64,000 nucleotides of DNA, taken from positions 310,001 through 374,000 of the forward strand of contig JAYWIR010000015.1 of NCBI GenBank assembly GCA_036172245.1, read 5' to 3'. Below the pieces are notes generated by a model. That model made no database searches. It saw only the letters and a program-made list of their open reading frames with translations, and was not told the DNA's origin. Position 1 is the stretch's first letter, and each line of letters opens with the position of its first letter. This document shows, piece by piece, positions 39,050 through 50,080 of the stretch. A program made the translations under genes and the position numbers. The DNA is from Raillietiella orientalis. Lineage: Eukaryota.

Positions 39050-41000
39050 CATTAACGGTTTTGCTTAAAGCCCTCTAATGGGATTAGACCTCCCGTGGGG
39101 ATCCCCAGGCCTTTAGCAGTCAAGCTGTCGCATCTCGCTTTCCTTAATAAGATCCGAAACGATGGATTGTTCTCGTAATATTTGCGGAACAGAAACATCT
39201 GTTGCCCAGCACGTCCCTCACCCATCATCGTCATCCGGGTTCCACCCTCCCCACACCGGTGTTCTGATCATGCCCATCCGAGCTCTCTCCGCGCGCCTCT
39301 CACTCGCCTCCGGAGAACCCGCTAGGCGAGCTTCCACGTTTCTCAGTGCGGCTCCGCTTCCTGTCCCCGCCCGTGGCCAGGCAGGAACCCTCGCTCCCAC
39401 ACGCCCGTCGTCCCTTCCCCTCCCCTCCCTCCCTTAGCGGCTCTCGGGAGCTTCCCACGCGGTGCTTCCACCTAACGCAGGGGAAGGCACGTCGCCGCCG
39501 CCCCGTTCGCTCCGTCCGGGCGGCCCCTGCCCAGGTCCGACCCGCGCGAGCACTTCCGGAGCGAAGGAGGAAAACTTTCCCTCTCCCTCCTGGTGCCGTA
39601 CCCTCGGGTTCGCGAAACCCGTTCCACTTCCGTCTGGTCGAGCCCACGGCAATTGCTCCGGCTGCACTCTGGGCTGGCGGACGGCAGCGCCTCTCGCGGT
39701 CCCGCGACGCAGCCGCCTGCCGGCTCAGCGCGCTGACTCGGCCTCCCCCTCGAGAGTTTCCGTGTCGGTCCCTGGCCCTCAAAAGGAAAGCAGGGAGTGG
39801 TCAGCTGCGTCGCGGAGGACACGCGCCTCAGAAGAAGAGGCGCGGACTCGACCAGGGGATCCAACGCTTTGACTTCCAAGGTTTCTACGCCCTGAAGGCA
39901 CATCGTCCTCCAGGAGAGACCCCAGGGATCGGGAGGTTGAAACGCATCTTCCTGGGACCCCTGCATCCCGAGAGGTGCCGAGGCCCTAGGGGACCAGGGA
40001 ACGTCTAGGGCATCTCACGGCGTCATCGGCTCCTTTGCCGGTCCGACCTCTCCGCTCTTCGTCCGTAGTGACCTGGGGGTCTCCCTTTGGGTCGAACGGA
40101 TGCGGATGACGAGACCTGAGAGGATGCGGCGACTCTTATTTCCTCACTTTGTTTCTTGCGCTCGCGTCTTGAAATCTTCCGGGAAGGTGGTTGGCATCCC
40201 GGGAAGGACAGGAAAGAAGGAGAGTCGCTCCACCACACCCGCCGCTGCCTTCTCCCTGTCGATCGGAGACCTCCTCTGTCTTCCCATTCCAAGCTCCTTC
40301 GGCAGGGTTAGGGTGTGCAGCGCCCCTTGAGGCTCCGGATCCCTCTGCTTTCTAGCTCCCAGGTCTGATCCCCACGCTGGAGGATCGAGGGGAGCAGCCT
40401 CGTTTGCTCGTGGAGCGGGTAGGATGGCGAAGGCTGGTCAACCTTCGAGGTTCCCCTACCCCTGAGTCGGGTCTCAGGACTACAATTCCAACACCGGTGT
40501 CTCGAGCCCGGGAGCATATCCGGATGCCGGGACGTCGTGCCCAGACCATCCCTCAGTCAGTCTGCGCCGGTTGGACCTTTGGATCACGAGGAGATGCCCG
40601 AACGCGCGATTCGAAAGTGACTCCTGCCGCGGTGGTGCCGGGCCGGAGGGCGTTGGCTCAGGGGTCTCGTTCGGGGGGTGCGTCCCGCAGGGTGCGCTGA
40701 AGATCCTCGTGCTTGGGCACGAGGTCATCGAAGGAACTGACTCCGACCTCGTGCTGACCTACCGTTTCTCCAACTGGACACGGGAATGCCACTCTTCTTC
40801 CTCGGAAGAGTACGCCTGATCAAGGTCGCAGGGACCGCGGAGGAAGAAAGGTCATCATTTCTCAGGGAAAGGAGGCCGGGGAGATCAAGTGATCTTTCTA
40901 CATCTTCCACAAAAGTCTCTGGGCCTCGATCGCGGTGCAAGAGACGGTCGGTGAGTCCGTGGTGTTGCATCTCCAGCCTCCGAGTCCCGTGACCTTCTCA
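39050..41000 (-). mobile_element. Decayed L1/Tx1-like element (ORF1 to RT start, internally deleted)
   Basis: ORF1-like APGLET / DTGVGIVVLRP (G..TG.R.V) and LLPSILQRG. Downstream are SSSEARVLRD (EN region), FRKYYEN (FY.NLY) and PTGGLIPLEGFK (PG.DGLP.EFFK). Confidence 0.5.
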
Positions 41001-41049
41001 TACCGTTTCTCCGGACCACTTACTTAATATAAAAAAATTAAAATTGTCC

Positions 41050-42650
41050 GAATCGAGACGAGCAGAGATGTGCCGACCCGAAAGCAAAGAGACGCATTTG
41101 CCTTCGCTAAGGATAGGACTAACAGGAGTAGGGAGGAGGAAAAAACAGGGTCAATGAACGAACAGATAGGGGGCGGGATGGGCCGACCTCATGGCGCTGA
41201 ACCCGAGGGTCTGCGACGGAACGGGAACGCACAGGGGCAGTTGGGGAGCCCGTGCACCGGTGTCTGGTTGGTCTACTCGCGATCGCCCTAGGGCTTTCCT
41301 GATTCTCGCGCCCCAAATTGATGTCCCCCTCGTCAGCGCCCCCTCCTGTCGCGAAGCTCATGACGAACCCTTTCCCGCTCTAGGTAATTCCGGAGGCACC
41401 CGAGTGGATGGCGCTCCTCAGGGCCGGGCCCGAGGGCCCGCCACCTGCGGGAGATGCGGAGGCATCCCCTCAGGGGGAACTCCGGAGATGCCTCCTTGGA
41501 GCCACGACTGCTCTCCGTGAGAGGCGGCACGTGGGGTGCACGTGTCCGGCTAGGAAACGAGCTCCTCGCGCGCGCACTCCCGGAGGCGGGGATGGTTCGT
41601 GCGTTCCCTCCCTCCCTGCCCTCTGGAATGCAACGCTGGACGCGTTTGCATTCCAGAGGGCAGGGCGGGAGAGAGACCTGCTCACGCGGCTAACCCGCCT
41701 GCCTCCGGGAAGGGAGGGCGCTCATCGCACCTTTTTGCGGCCGACCCACGAGGACGGGGGAGGAGCGACCGTGGATCTGGAGGAACGCTGTGGGCGCGGA
41801 CCGATGGGACCCAGGATGCGCCCACCATCCTCCCCGTCGACCGAGGAGGAAAGCGCCGAGTCTGCACGGAGGGAGAAGGGTCGCCCGCAAGGAAGGGCGT
41901 GGCTCTGGAGCCCAGAGCCGGCGGGAAGGGAGGCCCCGGCTCCTCGATGAAGTTCTGGAAATCTTCGAGATTTGAAAAATCCGGAAAAGCCACGTTGAAG
42001 ATTTTTTGTTCTTTTTTTTTCTGGGCGGAGCACCACTCCGCGGTCGTCGTTTTGACGTTCGGTCCGAACTTCTTTCCCGCAGGTGCCTCGAAGGGAAAAA
42101 TACGAGAGAACCAACTCCTTCCGGAGAGTGACGCTTTGTCCTCTCGCGATCAAGGATTCATCCTTCGTCGCGCCAGACTCGTTCTCCGTTCGTTCTCCTC
42201 ATCCTCTCGCTTGCCGGGCGCTCCGCTGCTGCAGCTGCATTTTGCGGGAGCAGCCGCGTTGCTTCCGCCCTGTTTCTCTTGACAACTCGCCCGTCTCCCC
42301 TCAAAGCAGGAGGGAGGCTGGATAGACAGCCAAGATCCATTTTATCTGTTTACGCGCCTGTTTTGCCCATCGCGCGTCTCCGTGAGCCCATCTCGCTGAT
42401 CGTTCTTCGCGCGCGGCAAGAACTTGCGTCCGCGTCACCTGACCAACCTGAAGGCCTCGCGCGTTTCCTCGAAACATCTCAGCTTTCAACCTCGCCATCA
42501 TTCACCGCGCTAATTAACCAATCAGATAACCGGTTGACCGGATACCATAAGTTTCCGAGAATGCTCCTCGAAGACAGCTCTTCCTCGGTTCGGAACACCC
42601 CAGAGCCCGGTGCTGTGGGCTGGGGGCGTGAGGCAGGCATGCACCGGTTC
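41050..42650 (-). mobile_element. Decayed L1/Tx1-like ORF2 C-terminal part and 3' UTR
   Basis: VAFPDF (GL.FPD), HPTCRLSRRAVVAPRRHLRSSP (C..C...ET..HL...CP) and SIWGAR (IW..RN). A pyrimidine-rich tail ends in an AT-rich stretch at about 41025-41045. Confidence 0.45.
41608..41671. repeat. 26-bp inverted repeat (1 mismatch, 20-bp perfect core)
   Basis: Arms ctccctccctgccctctggaatgcaa (41608-41633) and ttgcattccagagggcagggcgggag (41646-41671) with a 12-nt spacer. Confidence 0.95.
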
Positions 42651-42799
42651 CATGGAGTCTGACCTTTTAATTAGGGCGTTATTAACGAGACTCTCATATT
42701 TCTGGAGAGCGCCCCTGCATCCAGTCCTCCAGGAAGGAAACGGAGGGACTGTCTTCCTGGAACCGACCAGCTAGCAGAGTGTGGGCTGGGCGGTCGGGG

Positions 42800-43250
42800 T
42801 GCAGCGGTAGTGATGGATGCTGACAGACCCAGCTGATGGTTTGCACGTTCGCGAGATGGTCACGTGCAACCAAACGAGCACCCTGCAATCGGTCGAAAGG
42901 AATGCGGGCAGCGTGTTCCCCTGCACGCGGCAGACGGGAGCGAAAGGTCTCCAGAAGGCACAAGAGGGCGAAGAGTCTGCTTCGGAAGGAACCGCAACGC
43001 AAATCCAGCGGTTTCCTTATCTTCTTTGCTTCGAGGCCCGAAAGAAGTCCGACTTCACTTCGCCGCCAGGACGGCGGCTGAGGTTGCTGCGGCAGCGCTT
43101 GCAATTACAACACTCGTTGGCAACCCCTCAATATTGAGGCACGGGAGCTGCTAATTATTTATGGTCTGTTATCGGAGGCAGGCATCTCCAGCTACCATAA
43201 AGACAAGGAGAGCCTTACGAGCGGCAGGAACCTCCGAAAAAGTTCTTTTC
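42800..43250 (+). mobile_element. Possible ORF1 remnant
   Basis: GRRLRLLRQRLQLQHSLATPQY*G...NFMVCYRRQ resembles G.R...M.L...IPSY......V.Y.GQ. Confidence 0.3.
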
Positions 43251-44399
43251 GCTTTCTCGGGAACGCCGAGCTTTGTGGAGGAATCCAGCAGTGTGCAGTC
43301 CGGCGACTTCTCCCGAGAAGAGTTCCTTGTGGGCTTCTCGGAGCCATTGCATCCCGCCGGAGAGCCCAATAAATAAAGAACCGCAACTCGTGCTTTCGGA
43401 TCACAACCAGAAGTGGTCCAACGAAGACAAATGGAAGGTGGCGCGGGAGTGCATCCGCTGACAAAAATAATAACACGAGAGTTGCGCAGGATGACTCACT
43501 CGGCAAAGAAAGCGCTCCTCTGCTCCTCGCTCTCCCGCCACTCTGGCAGGCCGATTCTCCGTGGCATGACGCTCGAAAACCTACTGGTTTATTGTGAGTG
43601 ATCGAACGCTCTGACGAGTCCGTGGATGCTGCTGCACATCACGGACCAGTTTTACATATAATAGAATTCCTGAGGTTGATGAATACCTGCGAAGCATAGA
43701 AACCCCGCCTTACCATTAAAAGGGAATGACTCAAATGCAGCTCAAAAATGCAGTCCAGTCATCTCGATAATTAAACACTGGAATATTTCAAACAGCTTTC
43801 TCATTCAGTGATCACAATAGAGAATTTATGGAGAAGCCTTTGGCTTCCTTTTATTTTTTTTTTTGCTTTACTTTTGTCACGATAAATTGTGTTTCCTCTT
43901 CAGTGTTTCCGTGCTACAGGCCAAAAAAAAACATATGAAATCAAGAAGTACATCTAAAGAATATCCTTCCTTCCTTCCTTTTTTTTTTGTTGAAGCACGG
44001 ATGCGTCTTGAGCTCACGATCATGAGCGCAGATGAGATTCGCACATTTTGGAAGAGAAAGCTCAGATAATCTACGGCTTCGCAAGCTCTCGCGGAGGGAA
44101 AAGGATTGATATAAATCGATCCTCCTCCATGTGATGCTTCGCTTCGGGATGCATTCTCGGAGAGGAAATCTCGGAGTTTCCTCTTGGAAATTTCGCCCAG
44201 CGCGACGTGAAGTCAACTGGAAACCGCTTCGCCGGCGGAGCCGTCTGCCTCTTCTCCTGAGAATTTTTCTCGGTTCCAATCGTAAAAGATGCGCGATGCC
44301 TCGCCGCGAACTAAGGAAACCCCCATCGAGCATTCTGAGAGCAGCAGCGATCCTCCTCCAGGACCTGAATTTCGAATTTTTGAGCACAACGGGATGCAG

Positions 44400-45480
44400 T
44401 CTTCACTACGGGGACAAGAATGCTCATTGATTCTGACCAAGGCGTGAGCATGGTCCACCTTTTGCGGTCAGAGTCCAGTAGAATGGAGAGAACAAAAGAA
44501 GCAATTATGTAGAATGCTAAGGTGTAGAAGCGATGGAGGTGTTTCCGATTAAACAGCTCTACGTGAAAATCCTTTTATTGGAAGTGCATCTGCTAGAGCT
44601 CTCGGCCAGTATTCGAGATTCCGCGGTTGTTAAGGTAACGATCTGGAATGGAGCCGATTTCGTTCACCCTCGGATCCTCGATTTGGAACAAAAGGCACAG
44701 ATCACTTGCCAATGGACACCGCTTATTTTCGATGATGAACGAGCCAATTAAAATCAGCTGGTATGTTAATGGTAGGAGATCTCGAAATGCCTCGGCATTT
44801 AACTCTTTCACCCAAGTCCATGACCTGGAGCAGTCTTCTTTCACCGAAGTGATCATTTGCAAGGAGAGGATTCAGAGGGTTCACAACCCAAGATCTCAAC
44901 AACTACGGCACGCACCTTTTCACAGGAAACGAGGACATCTGACGTGCTGGCTGAAGTGGGAAACAAGACTTCCTGAAGACTCGCAGGGAGATGAATTCTC
45001 GAGCCGCAAACCCCCCCGAATCGGCGAAAGATCGGAGGCAAAGAGATCTGGAACACGATCAACATAAGAACTAGTTCCTGGAAGACTCCGAGAGTGACGT
45101 TGTAAGATTCGTTTTAAATCAACGGTACATGGGAACACTACCACTCGGGACCTGGAATGAGAGCTAAAAACGGGAGGTGACCTGAAAAATGTGAAGCCTG
45201 CGAGGGTGCTCGAGGCCATGTTTTGAGGGAACGCGTGGAACTTCCTAGAAGAAGGGGAGGACTGCCGCGAAGGTGGGAAAGCGAGTCCTCCTAAACGAGA
45301 GTTTAGAAGCGCGCCGTGGATTTTCGGCTTCGAGGTAGCCTTCCCTATGTGGCAGCACCAAACCTGCGAAACCACGAGTACGGTCAGGAGCTTCGTGAGG
45401 GAACAGCGAAAGATGCTCTCGTGGGAAAGGTGAATGGTAAATTGCCCTTTGAGAGGGAAACCCAAAGTTTGTCTAGAGCA
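44400..45480 (-). mobile_element. Decayed L1/Tx1-like endonuclease end and RT N-terminus
   Basis: GFTFFRS...SHSR (FT.....SRID), FASDLSPI (FSDH.PV), KKTAPG, LNAEAFRDLLPL, LCLLFQIEDP and FQIVTLTTAESRILAE (RPITLL..DY.ILAK) occur in order. Confidence 0.55.
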
Positions 45481-47549
45481 TGCGGTTCCTGCGGACTTGA
45501 CCGTTTTCGGCGTAGTTCGCCTTGGCTGCCATCTTAGAAAAGTGCGATCCCAAGTTTACAGATGCAGTAACGAGCGCCGTTTGCATGTTGGAAGCCACTC
45601 ACGAAAATAAGCTGATACGGACCTTTTTTGTGTATTTTTCTTTGAAATAATGATCCAGAGCTATCGGAACAGCTATGGCAACGCGAAGGGTCTGAAACCA
45701 GAAGAGTATACCATGGCCCGCCAGGAAACTTTCCGCCGTTTCTTGCAAATTCGCATCTTCGGGTTCGAAAATTTGTGGACGTTCCGACTTTTTAATCGCA
45801 GGCCGTTTTCTCATGACGGTTCTCATTAATTTCATCCAATGTCTCCTCGTTTTTTTCCTTTCTCTCTTGTTGCTTTGGGTAACCAGCATAAGCATCAAGA
45901 AGACAATGCTGCTCTTCATCAATAGACACAAGCGTACACGTTTTTTTTTTCTTTTAAAAAAAAAAAAAAAAAAAGCCCGCTTCCTCACCAAGCATGTACA
46001 AAAGTGGTCCGTTCTCAGAGATCCATCTTTTCTTTTTTCCCGTACGAGAGTAATCAATGTCGTTTCGGTGCAAACGGAAAGGAACCCTCTTTTTGACTTC
46101 ATTATGGTCTACTTCTCTTAACCACAAGCGGCATTTTCTCTTGGAAGAAGGGGGAGAAACACAGCAGTCTTTCTTAATAAGCTTCTCATGTTGACACCAT
46201 GCTGCTTTTTTGCACAATCCTGTGCATTATTTTTTTTTCTTTCCTTCCTGCTTAGATGGCGGACGCCGTGTTTCAGGACAAAACACGCCTCGCTCCCTCC
46301 TTGATCGGATCTCGGCACGTGGATTGCTTTGTACCCTCACTGCATGTATTCTTTACCGGTTGTCTGCTTTTTTTTGTTTTCGACAAGGCTTCTAAATTTT
46401 CCTGCATGCCTTCGAATGATTCTATAATTGATGGTACACCCTGTGCTTCTAATCCTAATTAATTGTGCGATAGACATCCCTAACAATGGCGGAAAGATTA
46501 TGGAAGACTCTCTTCTCGAATTTTCATTTAACTTCCACTCTTTTGCTGTCATTTTGTAGCCGTTTTCAGGTCTCGTTCAAAATTACCGTTCTTTATCATA
46601 TCCGCGGATTAGTCATTTAGCGTTCACCTGATTAATCTCCGAGTTGATCTGAAGATTTAATTCGGATGGCTTGAGGTTATTACATCAAGGTGGTTTCGTT
46701 CGAAGGCCACGGTACTGATGCACGTCACCAAGATTAAAAGTTCGTCTTTTTTTCCGAGTGAAAAAAATCCTCGAAACGAAACCGCGCCCGTCGACTTCCT
46801 TTCTTCTGGACATCTGATCCGTCTGCATCTCTTGCAGGGTAGCATGGATGTCGCCATGCATCTTGGAATTAAAACATTGGCTAATCCTGACATTCCCGAA
46901 TGACAGACGGGGAGTAAATCTTGCATATGCTGAACGTAGGCAGGGACTGTAGGGAAAGAGCTGAGATCCCTTCGCATATTGAGTTACAAGGCGCACAGTA
47001 GCCGCAGTTGAGTTTTGAGTGTTCGGATAACAGCCAGATGTACGTATATAAATCCTTCCCGATTCGTGTTGAGGTTACGAAATCGTGTCCGCCTTTGTGT
47101 TTTTCCGGGTATCCCCAGACCGGCTTTCTTGTGATTCGCAGCTCTTCCGAAAGAACACTGTGAAAAGCGTTCTCAAAGACAAGGGCAGCAGCAGGCACGC
47201 AAATCTTCCTCCTCCTCTTAGAAATGGCACGAGGCTGTGCTCATCACCATCCTTCGCATGTGGTACGGAATGCTCTCTGTGTACTGCCTGTCGTACTACT
47301 TGGCTGCTTGGAACTCCGAGATTTGCCGTCACTGAGGCGTGGTCGAATGGGGGAGTACTTCGATTGCCTTCTTCGAGAACCTTCCAAAAGTTTGTTTTTC
47401 GTTTTTTTTTTTTTTTTTTCCCGGAGGATACACGAAAGCATGCTGAAATTCGCATTTTCCATCAAAGTTCTGAACTGACGTGAAGTAAAAGTAGTGCTAG
47501 CAGGAAGGATCGCGCGCCGACTGCTCCGGACAGCAGGATGGTTATGCGG

Positions 47550-47900
47550 AATCTGCCCCGCAGTGGTTAGGACTTGGGAGGTCAATTATGTCATATGTGT
47601 GATGTTTGCAATAAGCTTCTCGGCATCACGAGATGTCAACGGAAGGATCGTCCACTTTCTGTGACCAAGGCATGATCTTCCGGTAGAAAATCCCATTTTT
47701 TGCTTAGCTGCTCCTCGAAAATTGGCCCGGGAACCACATCGTGGGACTCCTTCCGTGGACTACCTTGAAGACGAACTCCGCAATCGGCCCTATGACGTGA
47801 TTTTCCCACCAGAAGAGAGAAGACCTGAGAGTTTGCTCCCAGCAACCCAGGATCGAATGCATGAAGCGCTGTAAAGGAAAGAAATCTCTGATTTCTTCCA
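47550..47900 (-). mobile_element. zf-RVT region remnant
   Basis: LFWWENHVIGPIAEFVFKVVHGRSPT (cf. IW......K..F.WK..H..LPT). Confidence 0.45.
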
Positions 47901-49639
47901 TGGTACTGTTCCCCTTGACATTTCACGCCGGTTGCATCCTCGGATGCATCTCCTGACTTTCGCCTCCCATTTGTCTTGGTCTGAGCAAAGCAGTTTTTCC
48001 CAACTAATCGCTCTAAATCTGGAGTGTACTTATTGTACGCGAATAGGGAGCTGTCGTTTTCGTTATCCGTTTTGGATTCCAACATTCCTTCAAGTTTGAT
48101 TTCTTTGAGGATTCATCTTGTAGTGTGTCAGGTTTTCCAGAAGATTTTCCTAAGGGATTGAGAGAGGGCTCGCTGAAAGCTAATGGAAGTCAAGGCACAC
48201 ACTTCGTTTCCAGGTGAAGAAAACACTGTCTTCTGGATGTTTGTCCTGCGAAAATAGAGGACTCGCTGCGTTGATGTGACTCCATCATAGTGGGAGCTTT
48301 GGACCACACCGTTTACACTTTAACGCTGCTGTAGTACGAAGGAGGCGTAACTCTGTACACGGAAACTCACATCACCGTTGAAGATGACATAAAAGACAGC
48401 GATATTTTCCGAAACCAGGAAAGGAAAGAGGCGCTGTTTCGTGCGAAATTCGTTCAGGGTATGCCCAACGCAAAAGAAGCCAAACAATTTTTCAGAGGAA
48501 TGAGGGGGAAAAAAAGATTGAGATCAAAGATTTAACTGATAACTAATCATTTATGATTCGATTTTATTGATTTTGTTCGAGATTACGTCTAGGTTCATAC
48601 ATGGCATGCGAGGTGCCATGCAGGAATACAAGATGGAATGCACGAACTGTCATATGGAGGTGAGTCAGAAATCAGGTCCACAAACTATGGAAGCAAATCG
48701 GTTGGTCAAAGCAAAACATCTCCAAGGGTGCAAAGCAGAAGTCGCTAGCTGAAACATGTCGATCTGCTTTCGCTATACGAACATCCAGATTTCCCATAAT
48801 CACCACATACACGAGCACTGCGGCTGTGCTTCCAGGTGACCACCTGCTTCAATTTGATTGCCTATGGCATTCTCACGCAGAAAGAAATAAAAAGCATTAA
48901 TGGAAACAAAGAGTTTCGAGGAAAGTTGTTTTCGCATTCATCTACAGGGTGCTAAGGCATCATCGAACGCTAACGCGTTGCTGTTCTTTTATTGAAATTC
49001 ACAATGGGGTATCCAAGGGGTAATTTGGTATTTAATTAGCCAGCTTGCAGGAATTAGGTGCTTCCCGAACGATTTAGCCACTTGAAGGTTTGGCTGAAGC
49101 CTCATTTATCTCGGAATGCAAATCTTTCATAACACTATAGACGATTCTGCTGTAAACTGTGTGGCATTTTCAGAGAGTAAAGTTCCATCACGAGAAAACA
49201 AAATGAAAGCAGGAACTCTGATTTGAGTCATTAGTGCAGCAATTGGTTGCCTTTCAATCTGTTGTGATCTCAGTCTGTCTCGGTTTGTTCCCTTATCACG
49301 GTTAATAGCTCTTCGAAGGTGCCTGAATTCAGTCTGTTCACCCTGCCATGAGAACCTCACTGCCATCTTTCGTATTATCTGTACAGAATTCGTACGCCTT
49401 CTTCCCTTTTCGATGCCAAAAAAGCTCATTCTGTGCCCATGTAATTATAAACAATTTCTATCAAGAAAATAAAATAAAATTTGTTCGATCTTTTGATTAT
49501 CGCGGAAACGGATTGATTTCGATGCAGCAACTCCTCAACGTTTAAGTTTCGATGTTCTTTCACCTTCCTCCCGGTCGTAAAACTTGGAGATTTCGCTGTC
49601 GTTAGAAATCCTTGGAGTAACTCATGCTAAAGTGATGCT

Positions 49640-50080
49640 GTGTGCATTCAGACAATGCCGTTGCGAAGAAAGCGAGTGACGCAGACCCATGCTTGCAGCT
49701 CCATCCGAGGGACAAAGTGCAGGCTACTGTTCCTTGCGTTCCTATGCAACCGCACTCGAGTTTGTCTGAACAGCTCCGTGATGATTTTTTTCAAGATCAG
49801 TGCTGTTTCTTGAAAGGTATGCACGGCGATACCATCGTCTAAAGAGGGATCAGTCTTGGATATTTGTTTCCTATGAGGGTTTTGCCGAAGGATCAACCCT
49901 GGAGGAATTGGTTGGTGGTTGAACCTCGGCCTCTTCTAAAGGTATTCGGAGCACACACATTTCAGACTGATTTAAATACATTCTACCCGTCCGCTCGTAG
50001 AGCTTTCTTTACTCGATTCGATTTTATTTCCAGGAAGAACGGAGCGCGAATCTTCAGGAACAATCATTACTGTTCTTGAT
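49640..50080 (+). mobile_element. Possible RT remnant
   Basis: QDQCCFLKG (DQ.GF.KGR) and LLKVFGAHTF (L..VL..FGF). Confidence 0.3.

Noticed and set aside
43611..43635. Hammerhead-like CTGACGA-GTCC-gt-GGAT
   Set aside because: The required GAAA box after stem II is absent.
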